64,000 bases of DNA from a bacterium (GTDB taxonomy: Bacteria > Zhuqueibacterota > Zhuqueibacteria > Residuimicrobiales > Krinioviventaceae). Shown in pieces: positions 52,903 through 62,608 of the stretch (the first letter of the stretch is position 1; each line of letters opens with the position of its first letter). Position numbers and translations under genes: made by a program. The stretch spans positions 1,408,001 to 1,472,000 of the forward strand of contig OY843751.1 in the NCBI GenBank assembly GCA_963693055.1. Reading direction: 5' to 3'. The notes under the pieces are model-generated. The model ran no database searches. It was given only the letters and a program-made list of their open reading frames with translations, and was not told where the DNA came from.

Positions 52903-55265
52903 TTTGTTTCCTCCCCAAAAGGTTTGGTTAACAGTATCAATCCTGGGGTCATCAAATAGTCGATGATCAGTGCAGCTGTCAGGCCCATTGACGCCAGCAA
53001 ACCAATCCTCACCATATTGGATATGGGAGAAAACATGTACATGGCAAAGGTTGCGGCAAGAATGATGGTGGTCATGGTCAGGGTTTTACCAACGGTAGTA
53101 AATGCCTGAAGAATGGCCTGTTTATAAACTCCGCATTTTTCAAATTCGTATTTAATGTGGTTGATAAAGTGGATGGTATCATCCACGGCAATACCCAATA
53201 GCATGGGCATGATGGTCATGGTCATCATGTCCAGGGGCGAGTTGAAATAGCCCATAAATCCACCCAGAACGATCAATGGGGTAACATTGGGTATCATACC
53301 GATAATCCCGGTTTTTAGGCTGCCGAAAACCACAACCAGCAATACTCCAATGGTGAGTAGTGCCACAGATAGTGATTTCAGTTCTCCACTAACGATTTTT
53401 TTGTTCAGCTCGGCAAACTGGGCCGCGCTGCCCACAATGCTGACGGTTGCGCCAGGGAACATTTCCGCACCCATACTTTTTATGGTATTCAGGTCATTCA
53501 CCATTTTATTGGCGTCAAATTTTATCAACCTAACCTGGCCCCGCAGCATGGCATAATCTTCATCAATCCAGTTAAATGTTTTGGTACCGCCGGATATTTC
53601 GTAAAGAAACAAGAGCTGGGCGATCAATTCACGGCTCTCTGGTACCCGGTAATACGCCGCACTGTCGCTATGAAAAGTCTGGTTCATGTCTTTAAGAATA
53701 TCCAGAATGGAAAATACGGCGGAAGCGGTTTCGTTCTTTTTAGTTAGTTCAAACTCTGAAACCGTGTTGAGCAATGTTTCAAAATTTTTCATGACGGTCG
53801 GGTCTTTGATCTTGTCTGGCTCATCATAATCAATGGTGATATTGTATGTGAGATAGGAACCAAGTTTGGAATTTGCCACGTCGTGCAGTCTTTTTACATA
53901 GGGTATTTTCAGGCCCATGAATCGGAACATGTCCATATTGACAGCCATTTTTAGGATGCCGGGAGCAATAGCTAAAAGACACAGAGTACAAATAGTCAGC
54001 ACCGAGGTTTTTCGTTTAATGACAATTTGCCCCAAGCTTTTCATCCAATTATCAAAAAATGATGGGGTTAAAACTTTATCTTGAACGGGTTTGTTTTTTC
54101 CAAAACTGAACAGAACGGGAATCAGAATGATTACGAACAAATAATCTGCCAACACTACTGCCGCACAGGTAAAGCCCAGCCATTGGATTGTCATAATGCC
54201 AGCGGTTGCAAATGACATAACAGAACCCATGGTTGTGGCAGCGGTGAAAAAGATGGGCCAGCCGGTCTCTTCTACTGCCGAGATCATAGATTCTTTGCGG
54301 TTGCCGGTTTTACGGTAGAAACTTTTGAAAGCATTGACCAGGTGGATGGAATAACCAACCGATAGCGCCATCCCCAGCAAGATGGGCAGGGTCATCATGT
54401 TGGAATCGACACCAATACCCAGCCAACCCATGACGCCAAATACAACAATGATTCCCATAATGGTGGTGAAAACCGGTACGAATACACCGCGAAAGGAGCG
54501 CAGAAAAATGGCAAGCAAAATGATCATAACCACAAAACCGGACAATACGCGGGTAACGGTTTCTTTGCCGAAAAAGTCGCGCTCTTCGGTTTCCGAATAA
54601 GGCATGCCCGCAGCTTTGAATGTATAAAGATCAGTGTTCCATTTGGGGTTGGTCACAATGGGTATTGCCGCTTCTCCCACCTGGAACAAGGGGTCTGTTG
54701 AGGTTTCTTTTGACCATTCAATTTCAGGGGGGAATTCATATAATGATAATGAAATCCAGGTCTCTTTGCTGTCCGTTGAAACCAGTTTGTTTGCCAGCGA
54801 AGTGCGTGACAAGACCAGTTTACGGATTTCTTCAATTTTTTCCGGATCCTGGGGGATACCGTCTTTAAAGGGATTGATGACCTCAATACCTTCTTCCGTT
54901 CCCACAGAGATTTCCATATCAGTCAGTGAAGTTATTTCATCGGCATAGGGTACATTGTCCAGTAGTTCATTTCCCAAATCCAGAATGGCTTGCAGTACCT
55001 CGGGATGAAATACATCATCCGCCTGGACCAGAATGCCAATGTTGTCATTATTGCCAAATTGTTCTTCAAATTTAGTTGTGGCAATTTCAATGGCTTCTTT
55101 ATCATCAAACCAGTGTTCCCTGGAATTAGTCATTGAAACTTTATCAAGGCCGGTAATACCAAAGGCTGTTAACGCCAGGGCCAGAACAATAAATACCCAA
55201 CGGTACTTTAGCTGAAAGGTGCCCATTTTTTTGAAAAACGTGTTGATTTGTTGTATTTTCATCAT
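52899..55265 (-). CDS. MMPL/RND family transporter
   Basis: Two-fold repeat of TM plus periplasmic loop plus TM bundle; LGMALSVGYSIH and LGIAVDDTIH. Confidence 0.9.
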   Translation of the reverse strand: MMKIQQINTFFKKMGTFQLKYRWVFIVLALALTAFGITGLDKVSMTNSREHWFDDKEAIEIATTKFEEQFGNNDNIGILVQADDVFHPEVLQAILDLGNELLDNVPYADEITSLTDMEISVGTEEGIEVINPFKDGIPQDPEKIEEIRKLVLSRTSLANKLVSTDSKETWISLSLYEFPPEIEWSKETSTDPLFQVGEAAIPIVTNPKWNTDLYTFKAAGMPYSETEERDFFGKETVTRVLSGFVVMIILLAIFLRSFRGVFVPVFTTIMGIIVVFGVMGWLGIGVDSNMMTLPILLGMALSVGYSIHLVNAFKSFYRKTGNRKESMISAVEETGWPIFFTAATTMGSVMSFATAGIMTIQWLGFTCAAVVLADYLFVIILIPVLFSFGKNKPVQDKVLTPSFFDNWMKSLGQIVIKRKTSVLTICTLCLLAIAPGILKMAVNMDMFRFMGLKIPYVKRLHDVANSKLGSYLTYNITIDYDEPDKIKDPTVMKNFETLLNTVSEFELTKKNETASAVFSILDILKDMNQTFHSDSAAYYRVPESRELIAQLLFLYEISGGTKTFNWIDEDYAMLRGQVRLIKFDANKMVNDLNTIKSMGAEMFPGATVSIVGSAAQFAELNKKIVSGELKSLSVALLTIGVLLVVVFGSLKTGIIGMIPNVTPLIVLGGFMGYFNSPLDMMTMTIMPMLLGIAVDDTIHFINHIKYEFEKCGVYKQAILQAFTTVGKTLTMTTIILAATFAMYMFSPISNMVRIGLLASMGLTAALIIDYLMTPGLILLTKPFGEETK

Positions 55266-55329
55266 GTTGTCCTTTAATTTGTAACACAAGAGTTATTAGT
55301 AATTGTTTAAAAATGGTTTTTACGATTTT

Positions 55330-56157
55330 ATAGTCTACTATTTTATAGCACAGCATACAGCTTGCGTAGCGAATGGTCGGCACCCAGTTGGTAACCGCAT
55401 AATTAAACCAACCGGTCCTGCGCCAATCGTCAAATTCGTTGAATCTTTTGGCAATCAATAATTTTAATTTTGGGCTCCACGATTTCATTTCCTTATCATC
55501 ATCACAGGCAAACCGGAACCTGGTTTTTGTCAATTTCACCGTATCGTGACGGTGAAAGTTTTTGCATAACCAACCGTTGATCACATCAAATACAAGCGTG
55601 CTACAAGGAAAGCGTTCCACCAGGTTCAAGAGTACTTTATTAACGTCAGTATTTTCAAAACACATCAGCACGCCTTCTATGACAAAGATGAATGAAGCGC
55701 TTTTGTGCTTTTCAGCCAGCTCGTCCATCCAGTCCGTATCAAAAATTGAAGCAGAAAAATAGACATCCTTTTCTGGTTCAGGCAAGAGCGTTTTGCGCAT
55801 TTCCATCACTTTAGGCAAATCCATTTCGTACACCTGTGCCTTGTTTGTTACTACTTTGCCCAAGCGGTGGTAGCGGGTATCCAGGCTGCAGCCCATATGC
55901 ACTATTACCGGATTGTCATGGGTTTTGATGAATTCACGCGTCATTTCATCATAGTAATTTGCCCGGATGCACACACCCACTGAACTGCGGATGGCCTTTT
56001 CGTATTTTGAAAAGTCATAGTCGATTTTGTTCTGCATTTCGCTTGAAACCGGGGCTGCGAAAAAAGGGTCTTTTTTTCGGGTTTCCTTGCATTACATGGC
56101 AAGGGTGATGTATAGCGTATCTGCCACATTGTCTTTGAGTGTGTTTTCAATTTTCTT
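55330..56157 (-). pseudogene. TcmP/LCM-like class I SAM methyltransferase pseudogene
   Basis: KIENTLKDNVADTLYITLAM*CKE: in-frame TAA at 56092-56094; probable start ATG mutated to AAG at 56157; VHMGCSLDTR, EGVLM; the ORF reads on into the MMPL gene. The 3' end is approximate. Confidence 0.75.
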
Positions 56158-56200
56158 AAAAATACCCCAATTAATTTCTGGTTTTCGATTGATTTCTTGT

Positions 56201-56779
56201 TTATAGATATCGCCGCACTTTGATGGTAAAAGTATACCAGTCGGCGCCAAATTTTTTCTCTAAGAAATGTTCTTCTTTTAATACGATTAGGTGATGTACA
56301 AAACAGGCATATATTGATAAAATCCAGATGACGGGATTGAGCACATAAAAGCATGTACTTAACAAGAGCATAAAAAATCCAACATACATTGGGTTCCTGC
56401 TGAACCTGTACAGGCCTGTAGTTTTCAAAGTAGTCTCATTCTCTTCATCCCGGGTGGGAATACCAAATTTTAAATTATGACCCAGTTGAAAGTATGCGGC
56501 AAGCTGCAGGACCGCTCCGGCGAGTAAAAAAATAAGAGCCGGTATTGTGGTTGGCAGTGTTCTGTCATAAAACGTTAAACGCACCAATCCCGTGCTTTCA
56601 ACAAACAGGGCACACCACACAAGCATCATGCTTGCTTTTCCGGTCTTGAAAAGTAGTTTGTTGATAGGGGGAGTGCCTGCCATAGACCATTTATTTTTTT
56701 TAAAATAGATACCAAATCCGATCATTTGAATGAACATGAGCCCAAAAGAGGCAATAATAATTATTTGGTCTGGTTTCAA
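56201..56779 (-). CDS. Isoprenylcysteine carboxyl methyltransferase / PEMT-family membrane protein
   Basis: LKTTGLYRFSRNPMYVG, EEHFLEKKFG..VRRYL. Confidence 0.88.
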   Translation of the reverse strand: MKPDQIIIIASFGLMFIQMIGFGIYFKKNKWSMAGTPPINKLLFKTGKASMMLVWCALFVESTGLVRLTFYDRTLPTTIPALIFLLAGAVLQLAAYFQLGHNLKFGIPTRDEENETTLKTTGLYRFSRNPMYVGFFMLLLSTCFYVLNPVIWILSIYACFVHHLIVLKEEHFLEKKFGADWYTFTIKVRRYL

Positions 56780-56820
56780 TGGGTTTTCTCTCCTCGCTAT
56801 TTAATTATAAACAGGTCTGG

Positions 56821-57477
56821 TTATGATGGATTTTCATTTTTTACCAGATAGGCCCTGAAATGTGTTTCCCGGTTTACATGCATGCCCAGGAACCCAACGT
56901 CTTTGATATGTTGAAAACCAAACTTTTCGAGAATAAGTCGGATTTTGTTTTCGCTATGGCAAAAAATGGATAAGGATTTACCGGGAATTGATTGGTCTTG
57001 TACGGTTATTTTTTGATAATTTTTATCCTGATGGTCAATGAGAGAAAAGGTAAAGTACCCCTCTTTTTTTAAAATTCTACTTGTCTCCTCAAAGATGGGG
57101 GAAAGGTCCTCGAATAAATGAAATACTCCCGCGCATGTTATATGGTCCATGGAATTGTTGGCGTAGGGATAGGGTGTGTTGAGCATATCGTGATTTTTAT
57201 AGTTTTGGATGGTCCCTTTTTCTGCACAAATGTCGAGCATATTGGTCGAGTAATCCATACCATGAATAACAAGCCCGGCTTTTTGAAATAGAACGGATGA
57301 GAGCCCCGTACCAATGCCCAGATCTAAAAGCGTTTCTCCCGGATTGGTAAACGCATAAGAGAGTCCGAATAAAATTTCCGGCACTACCCATTTCGATTTT
57401 TGGGCTTTTTTATCATAATTTTGAGCATGGTTCTTTGAGTCAAATACGTGTTTTATTTTTTCATTATTGTTAAGCAT
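56821..57477 (-). CDS. Class I SAM-dependent methyltransferase
   Basis: LLDLGIGTGLS, GMDYSTNML, RILKKEGYF. Confidence 0.9.
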   Translation of the reverse strand: MLNNNEKIKHVFDSKNHAQNYDKKAQKSKWVVPEILFGLSYAFTNPGETLLDLGIGTGLSSVLFQKAGLVIHGMDYSTNMLDICAEKGTIQNYKNHDMLNTPYPYANNSMDHITCAGVFHLFEDLSPIFEETSRILKKEGYFTFSLIDHQDKNYQKITVQDQSIPGKSLSIFCHSENKIRLILEKFGFQHIKDVGFLGMHVNRETHFRAYLVKNENPS

Positions 57478-57535
57478 TCTTTTGTCCCGATTTTGCGAAT
57501 TGCTATTAATCTCTTTTATTAGGATATATTAATGC

Positions 57536-57560
57536 AAAACCGGCTGATACAGCCGGTTTT
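57536..57560 (-). terminator. Rho-independent terminator
   Basis: AAAACCGGCTG-ATA-CAGCCGGTTTT downstream of the lipoprotein gene. Confidence 0.75.
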
Positions 57561-57573
57561 CACATTTTTACAG

Positions 57574-58797
57574 TTATTTGAATTCAACAAAGGAAAATGG
57601 ATAGCCTTCAGTTGTTACCGTTGCTGAAGAACTAGCCTCGCCTTTTGAGGGATTAAATGTATAAAATCCGTTAGAAGATGTTGTCGCTAATCCCAAAACA
57701 ATTTGATCTTTAAACGTTCCAACGGCTGTACCGTAAATGTTGCTATTGGCGAAATTCAGTTTTGTTATTGTTTGTGCCTCAAGGTCAATTTCAACCGGAA
57801 CAACGGTTCGGTCTTCAATATAATTAACCGGATTACTATAATATGCCGGAATATTGGCCGTACCGTAAAGTTTGCCATTGCCATAGTATCTGACTGCATG
57901 TATATAATCCAACGTATTTTCTTCACCGTTGATTGCTGTAGTGTTAAAGATAAACTTGTAGTTGTCGTCAAATTCAGTTTCACCAGACTTGATTCTGAGT
58001 ATGCCTGATTTGTGTCCCGATACTGCACCAAATCCACCGATGCAAACAATATAAATGTCATTGTTTTCATCCATAAAAATTGAATACGGATCAATAGGTC
58101 TTGTAGGTGTTGAAATTCCGGAAGCACTTTCGGTGATCATTTTTACAACTTTATTGGTATCAATATTAATGATTATCACATCGGAATAGGGGCGGTCAGG
58201 TGCAGGGTAATATCCGCCCACCATTTGCGACAGTGCAACGAACAAATAGTTATCACGAATTAACATTGATGAAGGGTCCGGATTTTGATCACCTGCTCCA
58301 AAAGAGCTTAAATCAATTTCAGTGACCATTTCCATCTTTTCATGGTTAACGACCAGTATTTTCCCTAAAGCAGAACAAGATACAAAAGCTAAATCTCCAT
58401 GGGTTACAACGTTGGTTGCGCCTGATGAAGCCGGCAGGGTCAACTTGCCTTGTTTTGCCAGTTTTCCGCCCGACCTTGAATATTTTGTCATATCATCGGT
58501 TTCGCCACCCCAGCCGGGAAGTATGAATATATTGTTACCACACACAACGGGTGCGCTGCTAAAGGAGATGGGTATTGCCGTTTCGTTTGTTAATGCTTTG
58601 ACTTCCAAATTGTCAATAAGCTGCATATATGCAGAGCCAGACATACCATCAGGATTTGGAAGCATTGTGCTTATTAGTATATTTCCTTCACTACCGGAGA
58701 CAATAGGATTAGTAACTTTATCATCGCTGCAAGAAGTGAATATTAACATAGCTATAATAGAAATGATTAAAACAAGAGTATTGAGTTTGGTCCGCAT
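57574..58797 (-). CDS. Surface lipoprotein, beta-propeller (DUF4374/XusB-like), partner of the TonB receptor
   Basis: Lipobox FTSC-SDD; MDENNDIY, SGILRIKSGETEFDDNY; directly downstream of the receptor. Confidence 0.72.
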   Translation of the reverse strand: MRTKLNTLVLIISIIAMLIFTSCSDDKVTNPIVSGSEGNILISTMLPNPDGMSGSAYMQLIDNLEVKALTNETAIPISFSSAPVVCGNNIFILPGWGGETDDMTKYSRSGGKLAKQGKLTLPASSGATNVVTHGDLAFVSCSALGKILVVNHEKMEMVTEIDLSSFGAGDQNPDPSSMLIRDNYLFVALSQMVGGYYPAPDRPYSDVIIINIDTNKVVKMITESASGISTPTRPIDPYSIFMDENNDIYIVCIGGFGAVSGHKSGILRIKSGETEFDDNYKFIFNTTAINGEENTLDYIHAVRYYGNGKLYGTANIPAYYSNPVNYIEDRTVVPVEIDLEAQTITKLNFANSNIYGTAVGTFKDQIVLGLATTSSNGFYTFNPSKGEASSSATVTTEGYPFSFVEFK

Positions 58798-58821
58798 TAT
58801 ATGCTCCTTTTGGGTTTTGTT

Positions 58822-61197
58822 CTAGTTCCATATATATCGTAATTTCATTCCAATGTTTTTACCGGGCATAGGACGATTGAATTCAGACAGCACCTTGGCA
58901 TCGGTGATATTGTTTGCCTGGATGCTAATAAATATGTGTTGATTTTTTAAACTGTGTTCCAGACCCAGGTTAAAAGTCAATGAACTGGGGATTTTTCTCT
59001 CCTGGTATATGCTTTGCTCAAAATCATAAAAATATTCTTCAATAAATGAACAGTCCGCAAACAAGCGTGTGTTCTGACCGCTGCCCCCGAAAAAGTTTTC
59101 TTTATGGAATTCAAACCCGGTATTGGTGTAAAAGTATGGAATGTTGGGTATTCTGTCATTTTGGGTTGGGTTTGGGACCGTTGAGCCCGGTTCAAATTCA
59201 CGAGTATCTCTTAAATCCTGATAAGTGATATTACCCCACAAGTACAGGAATGAAGTTGCATCCCATTTTATCTCTGTCTCCACACCTATTGTCCGCATTT
59301 TACCAAAGTTTTGATACATGTTTTGCAGAGGTCCCCCGGTAAAACGTATCATATTTTCAAGCTGCATGTAAAAGCTGTTAATTTCAAATTGCAATCTGTT
59401 TTTTTGATAAGTAACATCGTACATGAATCCCACGTTAAAGCTGGTATTACGTTCCGGTTCGAGGTTTACTGCGGGGGCAATTATAAAGCCGTCGCCTAAT
59501 AATTCATTTTCAGCCGGTAAACGAACATCATAAGCGGCGGAGCCTTTTATTAAAAATTCTGGTGTAAATCTGTATCGCGATGCATTGCTTATACCATAAT
59601 TTTGCTTGTTCAGGTCTATATTTAGGGGGGTATCGTCATAGCCGTATAGATCAACATACTTGGTTTTCATCGTATATATGTAATATTTTACAGTTATAAC
59701 GTTAGTGGATTTTTTATTGGGCGAACTAAATTCATGGGCAAGGCCAGTAATCCAACTGTTCATTGAACTGTTAAAATTGGATTTGTATCCAACCACTTTG
59801 TCCTTTAGGGTATCACTGGGAATGCCTTTGGCATAGTTGAATTGTGAATTCAAGTTTATGGAATTCTGCCCATTGATTATATAATTCAAGTTTATTTTTT
59901 GAAGGAACGTATATTTTTTATTGTTTACATCATTGGGTTGAACACCAATTTCGCCGCCATATCTTGTTACAGGGGGCCTCATATTTCCATCCCAGTCATA
60001 GCGATGCATTGCTTTATCTTCAAAACGATAAATTGTATAAGCATAAGCATTGTCAAAATTCAAATCCAAGCCTTCAATTAGAAAATTTGTTTTTTCATTA
60101 TGGTTTGCAAGCATGTATGCATCGGCATAACTTTTAGCTTCCTGAATATTATATTCTATTCCCTGAATTTCTTTTTCTGTAAAAATCATTGCTGGTTCAA
60201 ATTCCAGTTCATCGAAATACCATATTTTTGACGAAAGGCCTGCGGCAACTGTTATTTTTTTAAATTTGTCATGATCGCGCGTAATGTGTTTACCCGTTTG
60301 TAATGGTAATTCCATTTCATAGTTGTTATCCGAATAGGTAATAAAGCCGCCTATGCCTGCTTCTATTCCACCCTTGTTTCGTTTAAGCACTGTACTTGCC
60401 TTATGGGTATTAAATGATTGAATAGAGTAGCTGGCATCAACATATTTGGGAGGATATTCTTTTATAACAATATTTACAGCGCCTCCTACTGCCGAACCCC
60501 CGAATTTAGCAGGTACTATACCCTTGTAAATTTCAACCCTTTCTATCATGTCAATGGGAATATCATTAACGTCTATAAAATCAGTATTGTCGCTCAAGGG
60601 GGTTTCATCTATGAAAAATCCGATTCGTTTTCCTTCCAGGCCTCGCACGGATATACGCGTTGAACTGCCAACACCGCCCGATGATCGTATTTTTACACCT
60701 GAAGCTTTTGTAAGCACATCACATACATCACTTACCGTCCCTTGAAGTTCTCTCATTGTTATTACGGCAATGGGCATGGCTTGTTCTTGTATCTTTCTCT
60801 CTTCAGATTTAGCAGTGACTTCAACCGCTGAAAATTGTAAAACTTTTTCCTCTAGGTAAAAATTTGTTTTTTTATTACCAATCAGGTTTATTTCTTTCTT
60901 GATTGTTGTGTAACCCATCATTGATATTTTTAAAGTGTATTTGCCTGGTTTCAAGTTATTGAGCTGGAAATATCCATCAGAGTTTGTTGAAACACCTTTA
61001 TTGTTTTCAACGATTACGATATTCGCCCCACTAAGGGGATTTTTGTTTTTATCTTCAAATATGTACCCCGATAATTTCATCATGTGTTGCGATGATACAA
61101 TTTGGGGAAAGATTATTAACAGTATTACCATTATATTTAAATGTCTTTTTTGCATTAAATACCTCATTGTATGTTTAGTAGTCTGTATGTTATTCAA
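58822..61197 (-). CDS. TonB-dependent receptor with N-terminal carboxypeptidase-regulatory-like domain
   Basis: PLSGAN..STNSDGYF; plug GVKIRSSGGVGS..RGLEG..IERVEIYKG...GGAVNI; NLEPE; C-terminal RPMPGKNIGMKLRYIW. The true start may be 61167 or 61155. Confidence 0.92.
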   Translation of the reverse strand: MNNIQTTKHTMRYLMQKRHLNIMVILLIIFPQIVSSQHMMKLSGYIFEDKNKNPLSGANIVIVENNKGVSTNSDGYFQLNNLKPGKYTLKISMMGYTTIKKEINLIGNKKTNFYLEEKVLQFSAVEVTAKSEERKIQEQAMPIAVITMRELQGTVSDVCDVLTKASGVKIRSSGGVGSSTRISVRGLEGKRIGFFIDETPLSDNTDFIDVNDIPIDMIERVEIYKGIVPAKFGGSAVGGAVNIVIKEYPPKYVDASYSIQSFNTHKASTVLKRNKGGIEAGIGGFITYSDNNYEMELPLQTGKHITRDHDKFKKITVAAGLSSKIWYFDELEFEPAMIFTEKEIQGIEYNIQEAKSYADAYMLANHNEKTNFLIEGLDLNFDNAYAYTIYRFEDKAMHRYDWDGNMRPPVTRYGGEIGVQPNDVNNKKYTFLQKINLNYIINGQNSINLNSQFNYAKGIPSDTLKDKVVGYKSNFNSSMNSWITGLAHEFSSPNKKSTNVITVKYYIYTMKTKYVDLYGYDDTPLNIDLNKQNYGISNASRYRFTPEFLIKGSAAYDVRLPAENELLGDGFIIAPAVNLEPERNTSFNVGFMYDVTYQKNRLQFEINSFYMQLENMIRFTGGPLQNMYQNFGKMRTIGVETEIKWDATSFLYLWGNITYQDLRDTREFEPGSTVPNPTQNDRIPNIPYFYTNTGFEFHKENFFGGSGQNTRLFADCSFIEEYFYDFEQSIYQERKIPSSLTFNLGLEHSLKNQHIFISIQANNITDAKVLSEFNRPMPGKNIGMKLRYIWN

Positions 61198-62005
61198 TTC
61201 TAATATAAATCATGTGGCATACGCCCAATATATCAGGAATGGCCAGACCAATCTTTTGAGACAGGGGCAATCCTTTTTTCATCCCTTTATACATGGGAAA
61301 TGCGTCAACCACTCTTAATCTGTTGTCCCATTTTTCAAGGGATTTTATGGGTTTCAGTCCCCATCCGCCATCCATTGACATACCCATACCGCCTTTTTTC
61401 AATACTTGTTTTTCAGCAATTTTCATTGCCATGGGAGACAGGGAGTCAAAGAAGAAATCACACTCTTTAAAATAGTCTGCTGCTTTAACGAAAAACGTTT
61501 TGATCTGTTTTTCATTGAAATACATAAACACACCCCCGGCCAGAAACAGTAAACCGTTCTTTGCGTTGATTTTTTCAAACCATTCAGTATCTAAAAATGA
61601 AGAAGCAATGCTTTTATGTCTATCGCTGTCTTTATAAAAATTTGCCCGGAGCGCAATAACGTCTGGCAGGTCAAGCTCATAAAACATGATTTTGCCATTA
61701 TCAATACGACTAAATGTAGTGTCCAGCCCGCAGCCTATATTGACAATCGTAGCGTTGGGATGTTTTTTCATAAAGCCGCGGACTTTTCTGTCCGTGTGCA
61801 AGCTGCGCGCTATCCAGCCATGTTGCGACATGGATTGTGTTTTGGCTATGGTTGAAAAATCATAATCTAACCTTTCAATGATTTCAACCGCCTTTTTATC
61901 CATAAGGCGGGGCCTGTTTTTTAGGGTTTCAGTTGCCCTGCCCCATAAAGGGAGCAACAGGGTTTCTTGCACGTTGCCTTTTGGGATTTGTATTTTGGGT
62001 TCCAT
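61190..62005 (-). CDS. TcmP/LCM-like class I SAM O-methyltransferase
   Basis: VQETLLLPLWGRA, IVNIGCGLDT, YELDLPDVIALR, GVFMYF. Confidence 0.9.
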   Translation of the reverse strand: MEPKIQIPKGNVQETLLLPLWGRATETLKNRPRLMDKKAVEIIERLDYDFSTIAKTQSMSQHGWIARSLHTDRKVRGFMKKHPNATIVNIGCGLDTTFSRIDNGKIMFYELDLPDVIALRANFYKDSDRHKSIASSFLDTEWFEKINAKNGLLFLAGGVFMYFNEKQIKTFFVKAADYFKECDFFFDSLSPMAMKIAEKQVLKKGGMGMSMDGGWGLKPIKSLEKWDNRLRVVDAFPMYKGMKKGLPLSQKIGLAIPDILGVCHMIYIRIE

Positions 62006-62017
62006 ATTTTTTTCCTT

Positions 62018-62566
62018 TTAAAAGAACAATAAATACCTTGGGACTTTATGTTTAAATTCCCTGTAACTATTACCATATTTTTCCATGCAAAACTTTTCTT
62101 CTTCAAGAATAATAAAGTGCTGCAATATCAGGTTCATTATCAGGAATATTGTTATTAGTGCAGAATGGCACATTAATGCCATACCAAATCCCATGAGTGA
62201 AATTGAAACGTATATGGGATTGCGAGAAATTTTATACATCCCTTTGCAAATTGTCTGGTCAAGGGGTGCTGAGAAATAATTGATAAAACTGGTAATGGCT
62301 AAAATTCCTGACAAAATAAAGAGTACCAAGCCTGTATAGAAAAAAAATGTACCTGTCTGGATTTTTAGAAATATGGGATAGACAAGCATCAGGATGAAAA
62401 GGAGCATAATGAAAAATGAATTGATTTTTCCCATAGTGCTTGCGAAGGTAAAGTCTACCAGACGCTTTGCAGCCTTGCCGCCAAAAAGCATTGGCGCGTA
62501 TGATACAGCCAAATAAATTAAACTTTGAATCCAACCGTTACCGATTTCAATTCCAAACATATTCAT
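62018..62566 (-). CDS. Isoprenylcysteine carboxyl methyltransferase-family membrane protein
   Basis: KGMYKISRNPIYV, EEKFCMEKYGNSYREFKHKVPRY. Confidence 0.88.
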   Translation of the reverse strand: MNMFGIEIGNGWIQSLIYLAVSYAPMLFGGKAAKRLVDFTFASTMGKINSFFIMLLFILMLVYPIFLKIQTGTFFFYTGLVLFILSGILAITSFINYFSAPLDQTICKGMYKISRNPIYVSISLMGFGMALMCHSALITIFLIMNLILQHFIILEEEKFCMEKYGNSYREFKHKVPRYLLFF

Positions 62567-62608
62567 TTTACTCCTATTTTTTAAGTATTGGTTATTTTTG
62601 GTGAAAAA

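Noticed and set aside
55144-56037. Intact 297-aa methyltransferase as listed in the ORF track
   Set aside because: The family N-terminus lies upstream of an in-frame stop and the C-terminus overlaps the MMPL gene, so it is treated as a pseudogene.
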